From a virus, in the IMG/VR virus record IMGVR_UViG_3300042402_002841, positions 1 to 64,000 of that record: a DNA stretch of 64,000 nucleotides; one strand, given 5' to 3'. The notes under the pieces were generated by a model, which was given only the letters and a program-made list of their open reading frames with translations, did no database searches and had not been told where the DNA came from. This document shows, piece after piece, positions 58,647 to 64,000 of this stretch (the stretch's first letter is position 1; the number at the start of each line of letters is the position of its first letter). The translations under genes were made by a program, and so were the position numbers.

Positions 58647-60496
58647 TATCCCTCCTTCTTTTTAGGAAGTTTTTTTAGAACTGGCTTGGGTGCGTATTTG
58701 TCAATAATTGACTCTATTTCTTTTCTTGCTATTTCTTTTAGCGCATCAAGTCCGTACTTTTTCTTTGGTCCTGGTGTTTGCCATGTGTTTTCAGTCATTA
58801 TGTCAATGCCTTCCCTGTTGGTAAACACGACATCTTGAACACCAAAAGAGACAAGTCTTTTCTTGAGTTCAATCGCTGCCTCATATTCAAGAAGATATGA
58901 CAAATACTTGGGCGTATGGCCACCGCCTATTGTTCCATCTTTTTCAAAAAAATCTCTTATTTTGTCTTCGCTAAGTTTTCTTGAACGCATCATTAGTGTC
59001 AGTCGTGACTGACCACCAATTCTATTCCCATCAGACACTTTCTTTTTTCTTATATTAAATATTGATAAAGGTATTTTTATATGCTCAATATCGTTGAGTG
59101 ATATTTCTCCAACAATAAACGCCTCAATAGAATCATCATCGTTTCTTACCAAAAGACTTGAAGGGTCTCCGCTTATGTAGGCATCCAATATCTCTATGAG
59201 GCCTGATTGACCAATATTTCCATCTCCACCAAATATTGCTAATTCAATTATTCTTTCGTCTTCTTCCGTTATGAACGAGAATACTCCACCATCTTCGTAT
59301 GAGTTTTTCTTTCCGTAACCTATTCGTGGTGCATTTTCTGCTCTTAAAACAATTTCAATACCGCGACCCGAATCCGTGAACTCTTCCGAACCGACTCTTG
59401 TTCCATAAGAGTAAAGCATTTCTTCTGTTTTTCTTACAAATGTTCCATGCATCAATTCAACTGGCACAAGAGAAAATCTAGATATTTCTCTTTTGTTACC
59501 CAATCTTCTATCTCTTTGTTTTTTTAACAATTCCAAAGACTGACTATTTACATTAATATTTAATATGGTGCCATTGTCCAAAAAATCTTCAAGAGAAGAC
59601 TTGGTCATGCTTACCCTGGCTCTCCTGTCAATATCTTGATGAATAAGTAGTGCAACGGCCTTAACTGCGAGTCTTATTTCATTTTCTGAACTAGAAGAAA
59701 TAAGTTTTCTGACCTTAGGGTTAATGTCTTCAAAAATTTTTGTTCTAATATCTGTTTTTATCTCTTTAATTGATTCTTTCAAATTAAATTCGTAATTACT
59801 GTAATACTCTTGAATTGGTATTCTTTTTTCGTTATATTTAACATATTCTGGTGTAAACATAGACAGGCCAGCATCTCTTGCTGCCTCAATTATTGACTCG
59901 GATTTTTCAAGAGTCATTTTTCCTATTTCGCTTTGTGAATTTGATGTACCAGAAGAAAGTAGTATGTTTTTTCTTTCTTTTCTTGCTTTGTCTGCTCTTT
60001 GTTTTGCAGCAAGTGAAATTTTCTTATCACCTGTAGTTTTTTCAATGCCTCTAGCAGTATCTTCTATTGCCTTCATGTAATCAGATGCGGACATTTGACT
60101 AACAAGTTCTGCTTCAAGTTGACCGTCTTCACTAACACCAGTAAATTTTATTTTTCCTGGTGGTATAACTAATTCGCTTGATGAAGATTTTCCATCTTTA
60201 AATTTTCCTTTAGAGCCAGCAGGAATAGCGACTCTAACTTTTGATTTTTTCTTAACCTCTGGCTTTTGGCCGCCCAATGTTTGACCTAATTGTTTTACAA
60301 AAACACCATCAGAAAGTCTGTTTATTGATTTTACTGCTGGTTCTTTGTTCTCTTTTTGTTCAGCATTTATTCTTGTAAGTTTTTTAATTAAAAGCAATAT
60401 TCTTTCAATCATTTCTTGGTCTTCAGTAGATGAAAGCATTGTTTTTAATTCGTTTATTTGAATTAAAATTTGGTCTTCTGGTGAATTGGGTATCAT
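58646..60496 (-). CDS. 616-aa protein with degenerate DUF3626-like region
   Basis: IEIVLR...IEAFIVGEISLNDIEHI resembles IQFVLK...AEAQIHGGVSLGDVDYV at the C-terminus of the 3112-aa protein. Confidence 0.6.
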   Translation of the reverse strand: MIPNSPEDQILIQINELKTMLSSTEDQEMIERILLLIKKLTRINAEQKENKEPAVKSINRLSDGVFVKQLGQTLGGQKPEVKKKSKVRVAIPAGSKGKFKDGKSSSSELVIPPGKIKFTGVSEDGQLEAELVSQMSASDYMKAIEDTARGIEKTTGDKKISLAAKQRADKARKERKNILLSSGTSNSQSEIGKMTLEKSESIIEAARDAGLSMFTPEYVKYNEKRIPIQEYYSNYEFNLKESIKEIKTDIRTKIFEDINPKVRKLISSSSENEIRLAVKAVALLIHQDIDRRARVSMTKSSLEDFLDNGTILNINVNSQSLELLKKQRDRRLGNKREISRFSLVPVELMHGTFVRKTEEMLYSYGTRVGSEEFTDSGRGIEIVLRAENAPRIGYGKKNSYEDGGVFSFITEEDERIIELAIFGGDGNIGQSGLIEILDAYISGDPSSLLVRNDDDSIEAFIVGEISLNDIEHIKIPLSIFNIRKKKVSDGNRIGGQSRLTLMMRSRKLSEDKIRDFFEKDGTIGGGHTPKYLSYLLEYEAAIELKKRLVSFGVQDVVFTNREGIDIMTENTWQTPGPKKKYGLDALKEIARKEIESIIDKYAPKPVLKKLPKKKEG

Positions 60497-60505
60497 TTTG
60501 AAATC

Positions 60506-63500
60506 CTATAAAAACTTAATGTCTGATGACTTGTAGTGTAATTGTTTTAATTGCTCAATTGGAACATCAAGAAATTCTGAAAGCATTTTAAAGTGCTCCT
60601 CTTTAGGCATAAAAAACTTTGTTTTTTTGCCAGGAAACATATATGTCATCAGTTCTGCAATATATTCACTTTTCTTTGTCATTGCGTATCTGCTAATTTC
60701 TCCAGCCAATTCCTGGTCTTCTGCGCTTAGCGAATAATTAATCAAATCAATTTTTTCAATGCCATTTCTCTCTGCATAAGAAATTGCTTCTTCTAGCCTG
60801 TCAATTTGTTCAGCAGTATCTTGTTCATACTTTTTTCTTGCTTTTCGGTTTTTACCCATAGCCATTGCATGAATAGTGTGACTGAGTTCGTGTCTCAAGA
60901 TGTCATCTGTAGGGATGGGCCAGTCAACGGCTTTTGATACAACCTCTTCTTGGTTCACCACTCTTGGTGGAAAAGCCAAAAATCCATATTCTGGGAAATA
61001 CTCTCCTTCAATAGATTCCCACCTGTAAGGGTCTTGATACATTTGTTCCCTATTAAATCTTCCAGGTGCGGCTCCATTTTTTGTAACAATCATTGGAGGT
61101 ATGTCAAATTCTCCAAGAAGTTCTTCAAAACCTGGAGAATCATTTAATGTTTTGTCCAACTTGGCGTTCAATCTGGATTGAGCCTCCCAGTCAATTTCCA
61201 TAATATTTATTAAATCAAGTATCTCTTGTTCACTCTTTTTGCCTTGAGTAAATGGAGATTCCTTGAGAATACTGAGCAACTCTGAGGTGTTTGTTGGTAT
61301 TGCTCTTGAAATAAGTTCTTGCCTTGTTTTAGGTTTTTCGCGAGGCTTACTATCTACTCTAAATTTTTTTGTAATTTTTTTACCAGAGCGTCTTGCTGCC
61401 GAAGATGACGCAAGACCAGTTCTTCCTGATTCTTCAAACATGTCTTCAAACGGGTCGCTGTATGGAACAGATGGAACACTTGGCGCTTCTGGTGAATAAT
61501 CTTCAAATGGGTCAGAAATAGATGGACTAGAAAATGCGGCAGGTACTGTCTCTTCAGCAAATGGGTCATTGAGTGAACCCCCAGACCTTGACGCTAAAAG
61601 ACCAGTCTGATATTCGGACCACCCTGGCTGATTTGCTAAAGCAGGATTATTGTCAACCGACTGGTTGCCCGAAGAATCACTTACATGTTCAGTCCATACT
61701 TGACCGTTAAAGTACCTAAACTGACCTGGCTTAGATGGGTCTGGACTCCACCCTGCTGAAGCACCAGGTCCAACTGCATCTGGTTTTTCTCTTCCCTCTC
61801 TCCGACGCCTAAGGCGCTCTCTAGCGCTTCCAGCAATTTCAAAAGCCTGTCCTCTTGCCGATTCTGTTAGTTCTGATACTTTTTCTCTAGTTGCTTCCGC
61901 TAGTTCTAAAGAACGCTCCTGAAATGCGGAACCCATTTCAAGTGCTTTTCTTCTGTTTTCTTCTGTCAGTAGTCTGTCTCTGGTTGCTTCTGCTGCTTGA
62001 ATAATTTCATCTGGCAAACCTTCTGATGCAATCCTATTTAATCCATGCTTTATTATTTTGTCCGCAACAGATTGGTCAATCATTCCACGCTCAACCATTA
62101 CCTCTAGTGCTTTTTCTCCCGCATCTCTACCACCTCTTCTTGCGAGTGGGACTATTGCTCCAGCAGGTCCACCAGCGGAAAATCCAATTGCCATTTCTCC
62201 AATTAGTTGAACAACATCTGCTTGTTCTGGGTTGACCCCAACTCTTTCAATAAGTTTTCTTCCAGTCCTACTTCCAAGCATTCTGCCCACCGCAGTGGCG
62301 GTCATGCTTCCACTAGGTGTAAAACTCGCAAGACCACCTCTGTCGTCTTGTTCCTCACCCATGATTTTTGCAGACTGAATTGAAGGAATGGAATACATGG
62401 AGCCAGGTTCGGTGTCTGCGATTGAATCAATTTCAATTTCTACAACAATGTCTTCCTCTATAACCGTTTTTTCAAGCGCTTGCATTGCTGGGGATGCAGA
62501 ATCAATATCGCTATCAGTTACAGAATCAGGAGGGGTAATGCCATGCCTTCTAAATGCACTCAAAACTTCTGCATTTGATTCAAGTTCAAACTCTAAATCT
62601 GGAGCAGAACGAGAAGCCAGATAAGAAATGGGAGGATTATCGGAAACAAAATCAATTGCTTCTATTTCTTCTGCGCTTAATCTTGCTTCTTGAGAAGATT
62701 TTCTTAATGCATTTCTTCCTACTGAAGCACCAAGCCTGTCAGGATATGGCCCATTTTCTACAATCGTAAGAATGTCATGAACTGCTGGTGCAAAACCACG
62801 ACCTACTCTCTGAAAGAGTGATTCATACATTTCAATTTCTTCTTGGATTTGTTCAAGGTCTGCTCGGAATTCACTAATATCATCATATGTGTCTGTAGTG
62901 CTTGTGTTTCCTTGTTGTCTTCTTTCTTCGTATCTTCTTCTTGCTTCTTCTGACTTTATTTTAAACTCATTTGCCCCATTACGAAGATGAGTAATAGCAG
63001 ACATAAGTTTTCTTTTTTCTTCTGGGGTTATGTTTTCCCCTCTTTGTGCCTTTTGTCCAATTTCTTCAAGTTCCTCAAAAGACATACCCATTGTGTCTAC
63101 AAGGTTGTTTAAAAGTTCTTTTTTCTGCGTATCTCTAAGGCGGTGTCCTTTTCTGATGCGCATATTTCTCGCACTTCTAAACATTCCCCACAAGCCACCT
63201 TTGCCATCTTCTCCGTAAAGATGCTCCTCAATGTCTTGGTTGGTAAATCTTTCTTCCTTAATCATTCGTGGAACTTTGCCGTGTCTATCCTTTTCAAATG
63301 GGTCAACAGGACCACGGGGTGTTCTTCCTGTGGGTGCCGAAGGACGACGGGGTGTCTTTATTACTCCTGCGCCTTCGGGAAGCGTCGGCTCAACCAACAC
63401 TCCTGGAGTGATTGGTCTCTTAGGTTTAACTGGCTTAGGTGAATCAATCGGAGCATCTGGTCTTCTCCCAGGAATAATTAAATCACCATCTGGCACTGGT

Positions 63501-64000
63501 GGTGCTCCAGGAACTATTAATGGACCCCAGTGAGGAGATGTTGAGCCAGGAATAATAAGCCCACTTGGTGAGGGCGGTACAGAATCTATTATTTCTATTT
63601 CTTTTTCTGGCAAGAAAGCGTCAAGGACTTCATCAACTTCTGGATTATCTCCTATTAATCCAACTTCTCTGTTTGCAACAAGTTCTGCGTGCGTTTCAAA
63701 AAACGCCAAATTTCTAGCCTGATTAAACGCACGAGGGTTTCTTGTGTCCGCAAGTACACCGAGAGCCTCTTGTTGCTTGACTTGAGAATATTGGCCTGCA
63801 AGAGCATCAAGTCTTCTATCAATTAAATCATTAAAACTTATTCCAAAAACTTGAGCAATGTTTTCATCAGAAGCAGTGTCAATAAATTCTTGCACTACAG
63901 ACATGAGTTCACTGTTAGTTAATGCGTCAAAGTTTTCATCAGGATAAGAAAGTTTGAACCATTCAAATACTGCGTCGTATTGTTTTTTGTGGGTCATTTC
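60506..64000 (-). CDS. large polyvalent protein (N-terminus probably outside window): Pro-rich region, DUF2510-like domain, C-terminal zincin
   Basis: AGWSPDPSKPGQFRYFNGQVWTEH; RHELSH...YA...EYIAE; two GLAS plus GLLAS and YLAS variants. Confidence 0.75.
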   Translation of the reverse strand, partial: EMTHKKQYDAVFEWFKLSYPDENFDALTNSELMSVVQEFIDTASDENIAQVFGISFNDLIDRRLDALAGQYSQVKQQEALGVLADTRNPRAFNQARNLAFFETHAELVANREVGLIGDNPEVDEVLDAFLPEKEIEIIDSVPPSPSGLIIPGSTSPHWGPLIVPGAPPVPDGDLIIPGRRPDAPIDSPKPVKPKRPITPGVLVEPTLPEGAGVIKTPRRPSAPTGRTPRGPVDPFEKDRHGKVPRMIKEERFTNQDIEEHLYGEDGKGGLWGMFRSARNMRIRKGHRLRDTQKKELLNNLVDTMGMSFEELEEIGQKAQRGENITPEEKRKLMSAITHLRNGANEFKIKSEEARRRYEERRQQGNTSTTDTYDDISEFRADLEQIQEEIEMYESLFQRVGRGFAPAVHDILTIVENGPYPDRLGASVGRNALRKSSQEARLSAEEIEAIDFVSDNPPISYLASRSAPDLEFELESNAEVLSAFRRHGITPPDSVTDSDIDSASPAMQALEKTVIEEDIVVEIEIDSIADTEPGSMYSIPSIQSAKIMGEEQDDRGGLASFTPSGSMTATAVGRMLGSRTGRKLIERVGVNPEQADVVQLIGEMAIGFSAGGPAGAIVPLARRGGRDAGEKALEVMVERGMIDQSVADKIIKHGLNRIASEGLPDEIIQAAEATRDRLLTEENRRKALEMGSAFQERSLELAEATREKVSELTESARGQAFEIAGSARERLRRRREGREKPDAVGPGASAGWSPDPSKPGQFRYFNGQVWTEHVSDSSGNQSVDNNPALANQPGWSEYQTGLLASRSGGSLNDPFAEETVPAAFSSPSISDPFEDYSPEAPSVPSVPYSDPFEDMFEESGRTGLASSSAARRSGKKITKKFRVDSKPREKPKTRQELISRAIPTNTSELLSILKESPFTQGKKSEQEILDLINIMEIDWEAQSRLNAKLDKTLNDSPGFEELLGEFDIPPMIVTKNGAAPGRFNREQMYQDPYRWESIEGEYFPEYGFLAFPPRVVNQEEVVSKAVDWPIPTDDILRHELSHTIHAMAMGKNRKARKKYEQDTAEQIDRLEEAISYAERNGIEKIDLINYSLSAEDQELAGEISRYAMTKKSEYIAELMTYMFPGKKTKFFMPKEEHFKMLSEFLDVPIEQLKQLHYKSSDIKFL

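Noticed and set aside
28352-64000. Alternative genetic code or stop-codon recoding
   Set aside because: Very long ORFs are open under the standard code, genes are tightly coupled, and no suppressor tRNA is present.

Overview
This window is a 64-kb piece of a large tailed-phage genome. It carries an HK97-fold major capsid gene, a primase-helicase, SSB, a class II RNR and three tRNAs. WhiB, DUF2510-like and DUF732-like proteins and leaderless SigA-type promoters point to an actinobacterial host. Region 1-22 kb is an early-type region of many small genes. About 33 copies of one promoter (TTGnnn-N17-TAnnnT, spacer core ACYTACWACCKR) drive them, and in 22 copies the ATG starts exactly 35 nt after the TTG. 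The same region holds a 13-bp polar motif repeated every 2.3-3.4 kb, inverted repeats with a fixed 26-27 bp spacer, several probable small RNAs and complementary 5'-GAGUGGGAA / 3'-UUCCCACUC signals. Region 22-27 kb encodes replication and regulation. Six DnaA boxes form an oriC-like array at 37.9 kb. Region 38-46 kb holds tRNAs and nucleotide metabolism. The best candidate for a new system is a set of four very large, probably virion-associated proteins (28-37.7 kb and 49-64 kb). They are built from enzyme modules (four paralogous zincins, ADP-ribosyltransferase, Nudix, zeta-toxin-like and HipA/PI3K-like kinases, DUF3626-like) separated by a recurrent GLAS linker (16 exact copies). Three of the four also share a DGDGDGLVQxxTPFxRP tag, which suggests packaged effector polyproteins that are proteolytically processed. 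All family names come from motif recognition by eye, not database searches.
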